Assembly: GCF_009914755.1 (NCBI RefSeq)
Contig: NC_060933.1
Length of the DNA: 64,000 nt
Direction: 5' to 3' (one strand)
Source: the human T2T-CHM13v2.0 reference genome, Homo sapiens
Below are positions 1-13,243 of the stretch, piece after piece. Position numbers and translations under genes: made by a program. Position 1 is the first letter of the stretch. Each line of letters begins with the position of its first letter. The notes under the pieces are model-generated. The model did no database searches. It had not been told where the DNA came from and saw nothing but the letters and a program-made list of their open reading frames with translations.

Positions 1-29
1 TTAGATGACTTTTTTAAAAAAAAAAATTA

Positions 30-360
30 CATCCCATCAGCAATTCTTCAGGAGCATAGGTTTGCAGAATAGCAATCCAGGTAGAAAGATAAGCAAAGGT
101 TCTGAGTTTAGAAATTCCTGTTCACTGAACATGAGGTTTCCAGGAACTGGAGATCAAAGTGGGAAATTAGGGAATGGTCAAATTGTACTTGATGCCAAAG
201 TGTTTGGACTTTATTCTGTAGAATAAAAGGAATAGTGACTGATCTGCAAATCATAAATCGTTCTGTTAGCATAATAGAGGATGATTACAAGGAGGCAAAT
301 GACAATAGTGTTAGGGACACTAGTATTAAGGAGGTTATTAAAATAGTCCCCAGAGATTAA
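30..360 (-). mobile_element. L2 LINE fragment (degenerate)
   Basis: Contains 'tttggactttattctgtag' and 'aggaggttattaaaatagtcc', which resemble the L2 antisense consensus; boundaries approximate. Confidence 0.5.
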
Positions 361-1289
361 TCCATCTGTACTTATAGTCTAATATATAGCAATTTTTTTA
401 AGTAGTTGAAATTGGACAGAAAAGAAAGTGGTATAGGAAAGTAAATAAATGTTTCTCAAAGTTTAAATCATCATTTATAATCATTAATATGACTAAAATT
501 GTCTTGACGTTTAAATGTAAAGCTTATATTCTTCATATATTTTACTAAAATTAAAATGTCAACACAAAAATATATTTTCACTGATGTACCGTTTTACTTT
601 TATATATTTCTAATTTACAAATTGTAGGCTACAAACTTTTGCTCTCAGTTTTTCCTCCATGATTATTGCTGCCTTTTCTTCCCCAGAAAATGGAAAAGTC
701 AAGAAATCAGTTATTAAATTGTTTACAAAGTTTCAGAAATTAAATTTTATTATTTTACTTTCTCCCATCTTGCATCATCTTGCTTTCTGACTGCAACACT
801 TTTTATTTTTCTCACAACTTTCATTTGAGAAACCAAAAGCCCTCTGAAGAATAATAAATGGCACCCTGCTCTCCCTACTCTACTGGCCATCTTGTGTTCA
901 AATTAACAGTGGTTACATTTATCTACATCTCATGGCAGAATTTACTATGGTTATTTTATAGATTACATTTTCTATAACACCATTTATACCCAGAATATGT
1001 GATTAATACTGTATCTATAATTACTCATGAGATTCCTGAGAGGATTGTGAATGAATTACATTTGAAGAAATTAAAATTAAAATTAAACCTGAGGATGAGA
1101 TGCTCCTTATCACCAGAGTTTACAAATACATTTTGTAAAATTAATGTTTCATCAGCTTAATGCTTACTCAGGAAAATACCAAAAAATATTTTTAACAAAA
1201 CTAGATGAGGGATCATTATGATTCTTATTTAATAAGGTTCTCATCTTAACACATGAAACTATGTTTATCTCATTCTGAATTTTTTCCTA

Positions 1290-2203
<914 letters not shown>

Positions 2204-2562
2204 TGATATGGTATGGCTCTGTGTCCCCACCCAAGTCTCATCTTGAATTGTATTCACCTAATTCCCATGTGTTGTGGGAGGGACCTGGTGAGAGACCATT
2301 GAATCTTGAGGCAGTTTCTCCCATACTGTTCTCGTGGTAGTGAATAAGTCTCACAAGATCTGATGGTTTTATAAGGGGAAACCCCTTTTGCTTGGTTCTC
2401 ATTTTCTCTTTTGCGCCAGCATGTAAGAAGTGCCTTTCACCTTCCACCATGATTGTGAGGCCTCCCTAGCCACCTGGAACTATAAGCCCATTAAACCTCT
2501 TTCTTTTGTAAATTTCCCAGTCTCAGGTATCTTTATCAGCAGCATGAAAATGGACTAATACA
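2204..2562 (+). mobile_element. THE1 (THE1A/B-like) MaLR 5' LTR
   Basis: Starts 'tgatatggtatggctctgtgtccccacccaag', ends 'gactaataca'; TATA-like 'tttataagggg' and ATTAAA polyA signal. Confidence 0.95.
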
Positions 2563-4035
2563 GTAAATTGGTACTGGGATGGGGTGCTGCTGAAAAGATA
2601 CCCGAAAATGTGGAAGCAACATTGGAACTGGGTAACAGACAGAGGTTGGAACAGTTTGGAGGGCTCAGAAGAAGACAGGAAAATGTGGGACAGTGTGGAA
2701 CTCCCTAGAGATTTCTTTAATAGCTTTGACCAAAATCTGATAATGATATGGACAATGAAATCCAGGCCGAGGTGGTCTCAGATGGAGATGAGGAACTTGT
2801 TGGGAACTGAAGCAAAGGTGACTCATGTTATGTTTTGGCAAAGAGACTGAAGGCATTTTGCTCCTGCCCTAGAGAGTTGTGAAACTTTGAACTTGAGAGA
2901 GATGATTTAGGGTATCTGGCAGAAGAAATTTCTAAGCAGCAAAGCATTCAAGAAGTGTCTTGGGTTCTGTTAAAGGCGCTCAGTTTTAAAACAGAAATAG
3001 AGCATGAAAGTTTGGAAAATTTGCACCCTATGTGATAGAAAAGAAAATCCTATTTTCTGAGGAGAAACTTGAGATGGCTGCAGAAATGTGCATAAGTATT
3101 GAGAAGTGGAATGTTAATCACCAAGACAGTGGGGGAAAATGTCTCCAGAGCATGTCAGAGACCTTTGTGGCAGCCCATCCCATCACAGGCCTGGAGGCTT
3201 AAGATGAAAAAATGGTTTTGTGGGCCAGGCCCAGGGTCCCTCTGGTGTGTGCAGTCTAGGGACTTGATGCCCTGCATCCCAACCACTCCAGCCATTGCTA
3301 AAAGGGGCCAAGGTACATCTTAGGCCATGGCTTAAGAGGGTGCAAGCCCCCAGACTTGGCAGCCTACACGTGAAGTTGAGCCTACAGGTGCACAGAAGTC
3401 AAAAATTGAGACTTGGAAGTCTCTGCCTAGATTTCAGATGTATAGACACACCTGGATGTCCAGATAGACATTTGCTGTAGGAGTGGGGCCTGCATTGAGA
3501 ACCTTTGCTAGGGCAGTGCAGAAGGCAAATATGTTGTGGGGGCCCCCACACAGAGTCCCCGCTGGGGCACTGCCTAGTGTAGCTGTGAGAAGAAAGCCAC
3601 CATCCTCCAGACCCCAGAATTGTAGATCCACTGACAGCTTATACTCTGTGCTTGGAAAAGCCACAGACACTCAACACCAGCCTGTGGAAGCAGCCAGGAG
3701 GTAGGCTGTACCCTGCAAAGCCACAGGGGTGGAACTGCCCAAGACCATTGAACCCCACCTCTTGCACTGATGTGACCAGGATGTGAGACATGGAGTCAAA
3801 GATCATTTTGCAGCTTTAAGATTTGACTGCCCTACTGGATTTCAGAATTGCATGGGGCCTGTAGCCCCTTTGTTTTGGCCAATTCCTCCCATTTGTATTT
3901 ACCCAATGTCATACCCCCATTGTATCTAGGAAGTAACTAACTTGCTTTTGATTTTACAGGCTCATAGGTGGAAGTGACTTGCCTTCTCTCAGATGAGACT
4001 TTGGACTGTGGACTTTTGAGTTAATGCTGAAATGA
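2563..4035 (+). mobile_element. THE1-int MaLR internal sequence, 3'-truncated, no 3' LTR
   Basis: 'gtaaattggtac...ggaacagtttggagggctcagaagaagacagg...gactttggactgtggacttttgagttaatgctgaaatga' matches THE1-int; frames disrupted. Confidence 0.93.
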
Positions 4036-4283
4036 TCCACTTTTTTGTTTGTTTTTTCCTTTTCCCCCATTAGGTCATGACTTCCTTGCTTTTACATTGC
4101 CTCAGTCATCTTATCATTTCTTGTCGTTTCTTACTGAATGTTTTTACCTCAGTCTTTTAGTATTTATTTGCCTTATTTAATGGGACCATAAGTGGTAAAA
4201 TTCAGGTAATTTTATTTATTTCAAATTTGAAGTTAGACAAGAATTCTTAAAGCAATCACCTTGGCATTTTATCTCCCTTACCT

Positions 4284-4284
<1 letters not shown>

Positions 4285-4314
<30 letters not shown>

Positions 4315-4324
4315 CACACACACA
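4285..4324. repeat. (CA)n microsatellite
   Basis: About 20 CA units with one CG interruption. Confidence 0.95.
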
Positions 4325-4427
4325 GTCACAAACATACTTTAAATTTTGTTTTCATTTTTCTCCTTTTCTGAGCTTCCCCTTGTGATGTCTGGCCTTTCTC
4401 TGTGTTATGATAGATCTGTTCCCTTTG

Positions 4428-4910
4428 CACATCCACGTTCATAGCAGAATTATTCATAATAATGAAGAGCTGCAGAGAAGCAGCCCAATTGTTCACGGAT
4501 GGATGAATGAATAAACAAAATGCAGTATATGCATATAATGAAAGGTTATTTAGCCTTAAAAGGAAGGAAATTCTGGCATATGCTCCAAAAGGAATGAACC
4601 TTTAAGACATTGTGCTAAGTGATATAAGCCAGTTACAGAATGACAAATACTGTATGATTCTGTTTCTATGAGATATCTAAACTAGTCAAATTCATAGAAA
4701 CAGAAAGTAGAATGGTGATTTCCAGGGGCTGGGGGGAGTAGGAAGGGTAAGAGAGTTGGATATAGAGTCTCAGATTCGCAAGATGAAAAGTTATGGAGAT
4801 CTGTTTCACGACAATGTGGACGTACTTAATACTACTGAACTGTGCATTCAAAAATGGTTAAGATGGCAAACTTTTAATGTAGTTTTTAGCCCAATAAAAA
4901 TTTTTAAAAA
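4428..4910 (+). mobile_element. L1MB 3' UTR fragment
   Basis: 'aaggaaggaaattctg', 'gtcaaattcatagaaacagaaagtagaatggtg', 'tactactgaactgtgcattcaaaaatggttaag' and a terminal aataaa. Confidence 0.88.
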
Positions 4911-5109
4911 GAGATTTCTGGCTGTTGACACAGATGTATTGGTTTATATGTGACTTCCTATTTGAGCCTAATGGTGAGGGGAAGGGTTAGTTTTGATAGC
5001 TGACAATATATAACCTTTGCTTTAAACAAGAGCTTTCCTAACTCTGTCTCCCACAATGCTTTGGGTGTATATTCAGTAGATCACTCAGCAGATCACTCAG
5101 CCCACTGTA

Positions 5110-5232
5110 TTTATAACTCTCTGCCACTCCCACCTGATTGTGGGTACCCAGCAAGCAGTGATTGTGCTTTACTTAATTCTACATCCCAGAAGGCTGGGTA
5201 TGTAGCAGGTGCTCAATAAATATTGGAATGAT
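5110..5232 (+). mobile_element. L2 3' end
   Basis: 'gtagcaggtgctcaataaatattggaatga' terminal motif. Confidence 0.6.
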
Positions 5233-5279
5233 ATTTAAGTAATTGAAATTAGTTATTGTGGTAATTACAATTAATCACA

Positions 5280-5428
5280 GTGATTGAATGAGCACTGGCT
5301 CCAGCATTAGGGGATTAGTCCCATTTGTAACACTCTCTGGCCTCCTTGGATACCAGTTTACTGATCTGTACAGATGAAAGTTTGGACAAATCATTCTCTA
5401 AACTCTCTCCTAATTCTCAAATCTATTA
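5280..5428 (+). mobile_element. MIR/MIR3 SINE fragment
   Basis: 'cagtttactgatctgtacagatgaaagtttggacaaatcattctctaa' resembles the MIR3 core and 3' end. Confidence 0.5.
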
Positions 5429-7991
5429 CTGTACATCATTGGCTCCAACAGAACATCATGAGAAGGAAAAATAATGATCCAGCCACAAATTTGAATATTC
5501 CCCTTTGGAATCTAAGCCTAGAAGAACGAGAGTAGCTTTGGCCCCCAAAAAATTCCTTAGATGGGCAGTAAAACAAAATCCAAAGAGAGACACTAATGCA
5601 GGATTTTCTAAACCATTCTGCATGACTTTTTTTGGAGAGAGAGGGATGATCATCTTCTCCAGGTACTTAAGAAAACATTGACTTTGCGTTCTGTGAAACT
5701 GTTTAGTGGTCTCTTGGAAAACCTCATTTCTCCATCTCTTATTTTTTCAATTCCAAATTACCTTGGGGATAAACTGGAAAGAGAAGACTATTCTGCTATG
5801 AAAATATCATTTTCTTACTTTTCTTCTTCTTTAAGAAAGACCTGTAGGGATACAATAATGAGTTTGCAAAGCTAGGGGGCCTCATGACATGAGACAATTA
5901 TATTAATTACTTTTCTTAAAAGTATATCCAGGACTTTACACCACATTCTGGAAACAAAGTACTTTCTCCTTATCTAAACTCCAAGTCGTAGGCAGAGATG
6001 TATGCAGAGATTTCAGTCCCTTGAGTCTCCAGGGTGTTGGAAAGTGTCTGAAATCTCTTTAAAGAGCATATTAACATGTATCCAAAAACTTAGACTGTAA
6101 TACTATTTAACTCCTCTATTTTTCCATTATGGTCTGTCAGCAGGAATATGTTGCCCTATTGTACATGACAAGTGAAAACGCTGGTAACATTGTTTTTCAT
6201 AGACAGAAAAAATACCAAAGAAGCAATTTCTTAGCTAAAATGTCACCTGTTAGATGTATAGGGCTCACTGTATTTTGTTGCCCTGGTAACGGATGGTGTA
6301 AAATGACTCCTTTGCACCGCTCCATCAGAGTGATTGCATCCTGTTTTTTCCATCATTTTACAAGAGGCTGTTTTCATTCTCCCTTCCTGACCATATTAAG
6401 TGTAAAGAGATTGAATTACTGTGCTGTACCCTCTCCATCCGATGTGGATTTAAGAGTTGATATTGATGTACTGAGAACTGCGTGCTTCTTCAAGAAAAAA
6501 AAGCTACAAATTATAATGAATTTGACTTTTGTGTATCGACCATTCTAGAGTTGAAGTAGGGTTTCGGCACCCAAAGGATAGACATGGCCTGATCAGCATT
6601 TTTCACTCGAATGAATCCAATTGATAAAGCAATATACTCAGTGTCACTTTGCTTGATCTCCAGGTTTAACAATAGTCATGCTAAAAGTAGATACATTACT
6701 TTATAAATTTTACCCATAAAAAAAATGTGCAAGCCATAGCTTTCTACGGCTGCACTCTTTCCAACTTTTAACTGAGCAGGGCAAAAAGGAGGCCTCTTCC
6801 AAAATTGTGCTGAGACCGTGCAAGTGTGGGCAATGTGTATTCAGGTATGTATTTATGACAACCAGGAGCCAGACAACACTTTACTTCCATGCCCACAACC
6901 ACCGAATCGGAAAGCACTTCCTGTGAAAACTGGCTTATTGGGCTCTCTCTCAAATGAAAAATTACTCTCTGAAGTGACACGCTGCTTTATAATTATCAAA
7001 CTGTTTCACTGTGTCACTACGAACAACTTAATGCCTCAAAAACCATTTGTTTGAAAATTTCATTTATCCCACATTTGAAATAGGAGAGTGATTTTCTTAA
7101 AGCAAGGGTTTTTGTTAATGTACTTTGGGTAATTTAATTTTTGACCATTGCTACATAATACTTGTCATTCCATAACATTTTTTAAACTTAGAATTACATA
7201 GAGCAAACAAATGAAGGAATGTGAGGAAAAGAAACAAGCGTAGGAAGAGGACATTTCAAAAGAATGGGAAGTGCTCCCCTCCCCTGCTCTGGGAGGTTGA
7301 AACAGGGACAGTTGAGTGATCAATTTCATTAACATTTATATTTATGTCATAGGCAAAAATACCTGTAGTTCATTGCATTCCTTGAAAAGTAACCTGCTTT
7401 CACAGTTTTATATTTTTTAACAAAGTTTTGAAATCCTATTGCTTGGCCCCAGTTTAGAGGCAAGAGATTCTGCCTGCATTGACAATTTGGGTAACTGTGT
7501 ATTTAGACTTTTTAAATGACTTCAACCATGATGATAAATGACCATACCCCTTCATAGGGGAAACATTGTAAACATTTAAATAGCTAACTAATTGACCTTT
7601 TTATTGTTTGATTATTCTTAATATGTGTACAACAGGAAACTGTGGTATTGATTTGCTCTTCTATTCTTATCTGGTAAGTTGGCTACGAAGGGTTCTTTGT
7701 CTTAAATTATTGTCCACCTCCATCTCCCTCTCTTTGTCTCTCTGTTTCTTTTTCTCACTCTCTCTGTCTGCCTTTTATCTCTACTGCCTACCTTCTATTG
7801 CCTTCTGCTCTAATTTCTTAAGTAGCCTATATCCCAGAAATTCACTCATATGACGTATCCTGATCCCAAAAAGGTCATTCGAGAAAACCCAGCTCAGCTT
7901 CAAAACGCCCATTTTCATTGTTTTCTTGCTGTCACAGCACTTATGTGCCCTCTGTCCCCATGAATTTCTGCCACGTAATTAGCATCCTAAT

Positions 7992-8179
7992 GCAGTGATT
8001 CTTCACATGTGGCCCCTGGACCAGCAGCATCAGCATCAACTGGGAACTAGTTAGAGATGCAAATTATCAGGCCCACTCCAGATCTACAGAATCAGAAACT
8101 ATAGAGATGGGCCACAGGGCTTTGTATGTCAACAAGTCCTCCAGGTGATTCTAATGCTTGTTAACATTTGAGACCCTCT
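7992..8179. mobile_element. MER5A hAT-Charlie MITE
   Basis: 'cagtgattcttc...ggaccagcagcatcagcatcaactgggaac...cctccaggtgattctaatgc...tttgagacc'. Confidence 0.9.
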
Positions 8180-8469
8180 GTTTGTTCACAATTAGCCCTT
8201 TCTGGTCATCAAACCCATACCATATCCACAGTTATGGATGAAATCAACTGATTTCAAGTGACACAGCTATGACAAGGGTCTTTAGTGGTCTGTGTGCCCC
8301 CTCCCAAGAGTTTATTGGTTTCTTATGAATCTTACAGAGTTTGAGGAGAAGAACACCTTTAAGTTCCTTTAATTGAGAGTAACCAAGCCATAAGTATAAA
8401 AAGAGTTGAGGGGAAGATACAATTAGAATTGTAGTTTCATGACTGGGCTGCTTCTCCTTGCTTACCATT

Positions 8470-8615
8470 AACTATATATGTTCAGTAACTCAGGCAGCTT
8501 CTGTTTCCTCATTTGCAAATGGGAATAAAACCCTTCAAGTCACAGAGTCATCATGAGAGATCAGAGAATAACTGAAGATTGCTTTTTAAATTATAAAGAG
8601 AAATACAAATAAAAG
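8470..8615 (+). mobile_element. MIR fragment
   Basis: Core 'ctgtttcctcatttgcaaatgggaataa'. Confidence 0.65.
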
Positions 8616-9182
8616 AAGATAGTATTAATCGCTTTTTATCTTTAAAGATAGCTTTAATTACAAAAGATCCAGAGAATGAACTACTACTGCTAATACCAAA
8701 TGTCTTTTCTGCTCTGTATACTCCTGAAGGAAATCAAGGATTTTTAGTAAAGATTTTTTTTTCATTTTTTTTTTCTCTTTTCCTGTTTGGGCTCTGGAAT
8801 TGCTGCATAAATAGCCTGGTGCATAATACCACCTGCTTGGAAGATGGCGTGACAGAGCAGCTCTCATTTTGTGCTCAATCACAGAACCAGTCCCTCACCC
8901 ATATTTTAAGAAAGATAAGAGAGTTGCCAAGCATAAGTGCCTTGTAAATATATTTCCTTTGCAGGATTATAGGACATGGAGAAACTGACAAACGTAGATA
9001 GTCCTTGCTGGGATGTGTCATATCTTCCTGGGCTAGGGATACTCAAGTGAGAAGTTTTGGGATGATTGGGACAGGATGCTAAGATCAAAGAATTGTACAC
9101 ATGTGGACGAGGATGCAAAACTCTGCCTCCAACACACACCCTCCCTCCCTCTACGCCCATCAGAGACTGAAATATTGAGAGA

Positions 9183-9517
9183 AGCACTGTCTGGTAGAAA
9201 ACAATGCAAGCTATACATATCATTTCAATTTTTCTCATAGCATCATTAAAATGTATTTTAAAATAGATGGGATTAACTTTAAGGATACATTCTATTTAAT
9301 CCAGTATATCCAAAATAATGTCATTTCAACATGTAATCAATGTAAAACATTATTAGTAAACATTATTAGTGAAACATTGTACATTCTATTTTTCATACTA
9401 AGATTTTAAAAGCTGGTGTGTAGTTTATACTAACAGTGCACATCTATTTGGACCAACCACATTCGAGCTCTCAGTAGCCACATGTGTTTAATGTGGCTAC
9501 TGTCTTGGACAACAGAG
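9183..9517. mobile_element. MER33 hAT-Charlie element
   Basis: Ends 'gcactgtctggtag' and 'gtagccacatgtg...gtggctactgtcttggacaacag'; internal 'atttcaacatgtaatcaat'. Confidence 0.85.
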
Positions 9518-11028
9518 GTTGAGAGAATCTTAATTTTAAAATGCAGATTGGTAAAACACAGACAGTCTTGCAGAGGAGTTGAAACCCCAGTAGAGCAAGT
9601 TTGAGCTGCTACTCATGCTTCTCTTGCGCCCTTCTTTTTACTTCCATATTTTCTTCTTCCCCTGCCCCAACACACGCAGACACACAAACACACACTCACA
9701 GAGCTGGGCAGCACAATCCCGTGGGAGAACTTCTCCCTTCACCTTTCAGATGCTGTGGCTTCCGTTAGTCTTGGCAGAGTGAGGCCTCCTTTGTGTCTTC
9801 TGAGCAGTAAATGGAAGGAGATGGTGTACAGCTTGGAGTCATGAATGTACTGTATTCATGGCAAATTGTGCTCCTGTTCTCTTCAAAAGCAAATGAAAGA
9901 AAGCCTCCTTTTTGCAGCCTTGGGGTTGTTTCTACTTACCATTTCTCTGTTCTTGGTAAGGCAGAAGAGGAAGAGAGGGAAGAAGAATGAGAAAAAGAGT
10001 TCTGAGGAATTATTAGACCACTTGCTCACATCATCCCTGACCTTTGGAGGAAGAGAAGATTTTGCTTAGAAAGGAAACTTAGTCCTTCAGCCTTCATAAA
10101 TATAAATAACATTCATGGTTAGAAAAAATGAAATTCTCCATGCAAGCCTGGTAGAATTAAAAGGTGATTAAAACCAAATATCTTGGAACCACTCAAAACA
10201 TTATGAACCTTTAAAAATGAGTGTGTGTTAATTTTACTAGAAAACATTTAAAAACACCTATGCCAACTAAATGATGGTCTTTTTTTGAGAAATACTTTGT
10301 TTCTGATTAGTGGAATCTCTTTGTAGACAGATGATAACCATCTTGGGTGAACTCTACATCCGCATTACATCTCCATACCCCTTTACCCTAACCTCATGCC
10401 CAGGGAACATCACTCTAAATTTCCCTGACTGTTGACCCCATGTGGTCCTAATTCCTGCCACCCTCGCTTGCGTGAGCACATGTGGCTGTCCTCATCAGGA
10501 CAGCTTAGGCTAATTTAGCCCTGCTGATTGAATATAACTGGATAAAATTTTATGGCGCACTGTGATTGTAAATATGCCTCCTCTCATTCACAGTCTGGGA
10601 AGGCTGGAGGGCCATTACATCTTAATTGGGTAATTTCTTTTTTCAGATCTCCAAAGACAGGGTTGCCGTGTCAAAGTACCTCAGAGCAGGGTCTCTGGTG
10701 CCAGCTGGTGTTAGAATGTTGGCAGTTCTGAGAGGACCCAGGATCATATTCACAGACTGAGTGTTTAGGATTTTTAAAACAATTTTCCTTAACTTGTTTT
10801 GAAACAAGAGATTTGGGTCCATTATACCAACCTGTTTGAAGAAGAACATATTTGGTTTAAAAATTCTTTTTTGTTTTCATTTTTTCCTCTTATTTTTTTC
10901 CTGTTTCGAGCCCATTGCACTTTTAGAAATTTCAACAAATTTTAAAGCCATGTGTTTCTATACCAAATGAATTTGTTCTAGTATATTTGCTGCTTAAAAA
11001 ATGTGTTTGTTTCGATGTAGATGTGAAA

Positions 11029-11070
11029 ACACACACACACAGACACACACACACACACACACAAATACAC
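11029..11070. repeat. (CA)n microsatellite
   Basis: Interrupted CA run. Confidence 0.9.
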
Positions 11071-11582
11071 ATATCTTAAACCTCAAAGGAAAGGGGTCAG
11101 TTCTTTGAGTCCATAAATTGCACCAGTTAATAGTGTAATACGCTGATGCTGCCATTTTACAGAGGACCAATAAAACAAAAGGAAGCAGTGAGATTTGTCT
11201 CAGAATAAAAGTGGGAATGTAAAAATGTAAAGGAAGTAATCTTTTCTCAAAGCATTATGAACCAAACCAAAACAGAAGAAAGGAACTGTTGTAAGGAGGA
11301 GAAGGAGGTAGGCGGCGGTTGGAAATAGCAGTGGGTGCCGTTTCCACCACTACAGAATCTGCGCAGCAAATTGCTGTGCTTTAAGGAGAAGTAGCAATCA
11401 GCACCAATTGAAATATCCCTGAATGTAGTTATAATGACGTTCCTCTTCTCTCTCTTGTGTCTGGCATGATAGGCCATCCTCAAAATGTGCACTATCATGC
11501 AGGGTACACTTTCTAAAGACAGGAAGACTCCTACATCTGATGCCAACACCAAAAGCCATCAGCATGTGTGAGCCATGTATAC

Positions 11583-11685
11583 ATGGCAGGCTTCATGGAA
11601 ATGTGACCTGGGCAGTCACACAGGGGCCCGCACTTGGAAGAGCTCCATGCTTAATTAAGTGCTCTGACATTACCATCTCAAAACT

Positions 11686-11716
<31 letters not shown>

Positions 11717-12079
11717 AGATGGAGTCTCACTCTGTCACCCAGGCTGGAGTGCAGTGGTGCCATCTCGGCTCACTGCAACCTCCGCCTCCTCGGTTCAAGT
11801 GATTCTCCTGCCTCAGCATCCTGAGTAGCTGAGATTACAGGCATGTGCCACTATGCCTGGCTAATTTTCGTATTTTCAGTAGAGATGGGGTTTTGCCATG
11901 TTGGGGCTGGTCTTGAACCACTGACCTCAGGTGATCCGCCTGCCTCAGCCTCCCAAATTGCTAGAATTACAGGTGTGAGCCCCTGCACCCAGCCTGAAAT
12001 TCTTAATAATGTTGAACCTGGTGGTGTACATTTATTTTTTATCTTGCACTGGGCTCTACAAGTTTTGTTGCCAGTCCTA
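11583..12079 (+). mobile_element. MER91A (hAT-Tip100), split by an Alu (parts 11583-11690 and 11995-12079)
   Basis: 'ggcttcatgg...gtgacctgggcagtcacacaggggccc' resumes as 'tgaaattcttaataat...ttgcactgggc...gccagtcct'. Confidence 0.8.
11691..11994 (-). mobile_element. AluS (Sx-like), full length
   Basis: T27 tail, both monomers, 'gacctcaggtgatccgcc'; short TSD 'tgaaa'. Confidence 0.96.
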
Positions 12080-12916
12080 GATGTACAAAATGTACCTAGT
12101 GAGAGTGTGTACCATTGAAATCTATTTCCTTTGCAGCTTTCCCGACTAGGCAGCTTGTAGTGGGGAAAATAAAAACAACAAATAGAGCATTCTCACATGT
12201 TATGAGGATATCGCTAACCCCGTCATTAGCTGGTTACCAAAAGAACTGTAGCAACTGTCAAAAAGCAGTCTGCAACCCTGGATCCCAGCTTTGCATGAAA
12301 GACCCACCAGGGCTGTTCTTGATTCATCTATTGATTGGGTTGAGTTGCACAGCACCCATGTCAAGTCACATCAAACATGACTTGATGTGACAAGACATAA
12401 CATGTCCTAGTGGAAAACAGAAGGAGAATTGGAGGAAAGCATCTTTTGTTGAAAATGGCAAGGTAGATATGAGACAAACCTAGTAGAGCAGAGGTGATCA
12501 TCATAAAATAATGCTGCTGAATTATAAATGATAGTTAGTGCTTCTCCAGCCCTTTTCACCCATGGCTATCAAGGAAACACAGACTTGATTAAGCTGTCTG
12601 GTAATTTTTTGCAGGGTCTCAATGCAGCATGCTCTGGTGGATGTGTCATGGGTAAGTCTTCCTCAGCCCATGGTGAGATGAGACCCGCTCCAGTAGATGT
12701 TTAAAAGAAATGGTACACGAAAGCTTTAAAAAGGATGCTAAGAAGATTATTATCAACGGCTAAAATATGCAGAAGGCAATCAGAACGTTCCTTTCCGATT
12801 TGTGAGGACAAATAATTAAACTGAGTTCTTTTTCAGAAAACTATTCCTGCTAATGGCTTGGAGCAGTAGATAGGTAGACAACCTGAACTCACTCTCTGTG
12901 CTCTGTGGATACTTGC

Positions 12917-13177
12917 AGCATGGAAGAGTGTTAGAAGCAGAGGTTCCAGAGCCTAAATACCTGGGTTCAAATCCCATCTCAACCTTTTCTGGACCTGAAC
13001 TTGTGTAACTTTGGATGAGTGATTGAACTCTTCAGTATAACTCAGTTTTCATACATATGCACATAAGATAGGGATGATGATATAAGTATTCATAGAGTTG
13101 TTAAGATTCAACAGAAACAAATATATATATTAAGCTCTTAGAAGAATGTCTGGCTCATAGTAAGCAATTAATAAAAG
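12917..13177 (+). mobile_element. MIR, near full length
   Basis: B-box-like 'ctgggttcaaatccc'; end 'gtctggctcatagtaagc'. Confidence 0.85.
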
Positions 13178-13243
13178 AATTTAATAGACTTTAGTTATTT
13201 TCTTTCCATACCACAGTTTCAGATATTAAACATTTATATTTTC

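Noticed and set aside
2584-3704. Cluster of ORFs (61-88 aa)
   Set aside because: Fragments of the decayed THE1 internal ORF, broken by stops and frameshifts; not a host gene.
6129-6548. Longest ORF (139 aa)
   Set aside because: No recognisable domain, random-looking composition, and no supporting splice or promoter context.
8841-8849. YY1-like AAGATGGCG
   Set aside because: Isolated motif with no CpG island or promoter context.
5078-9380. Small tandem duplications (agatcactcagc x2 at 5078; aaacattattagt x2 at about 9345)
   Set aside because: Ordinary slippage events with no further structure.
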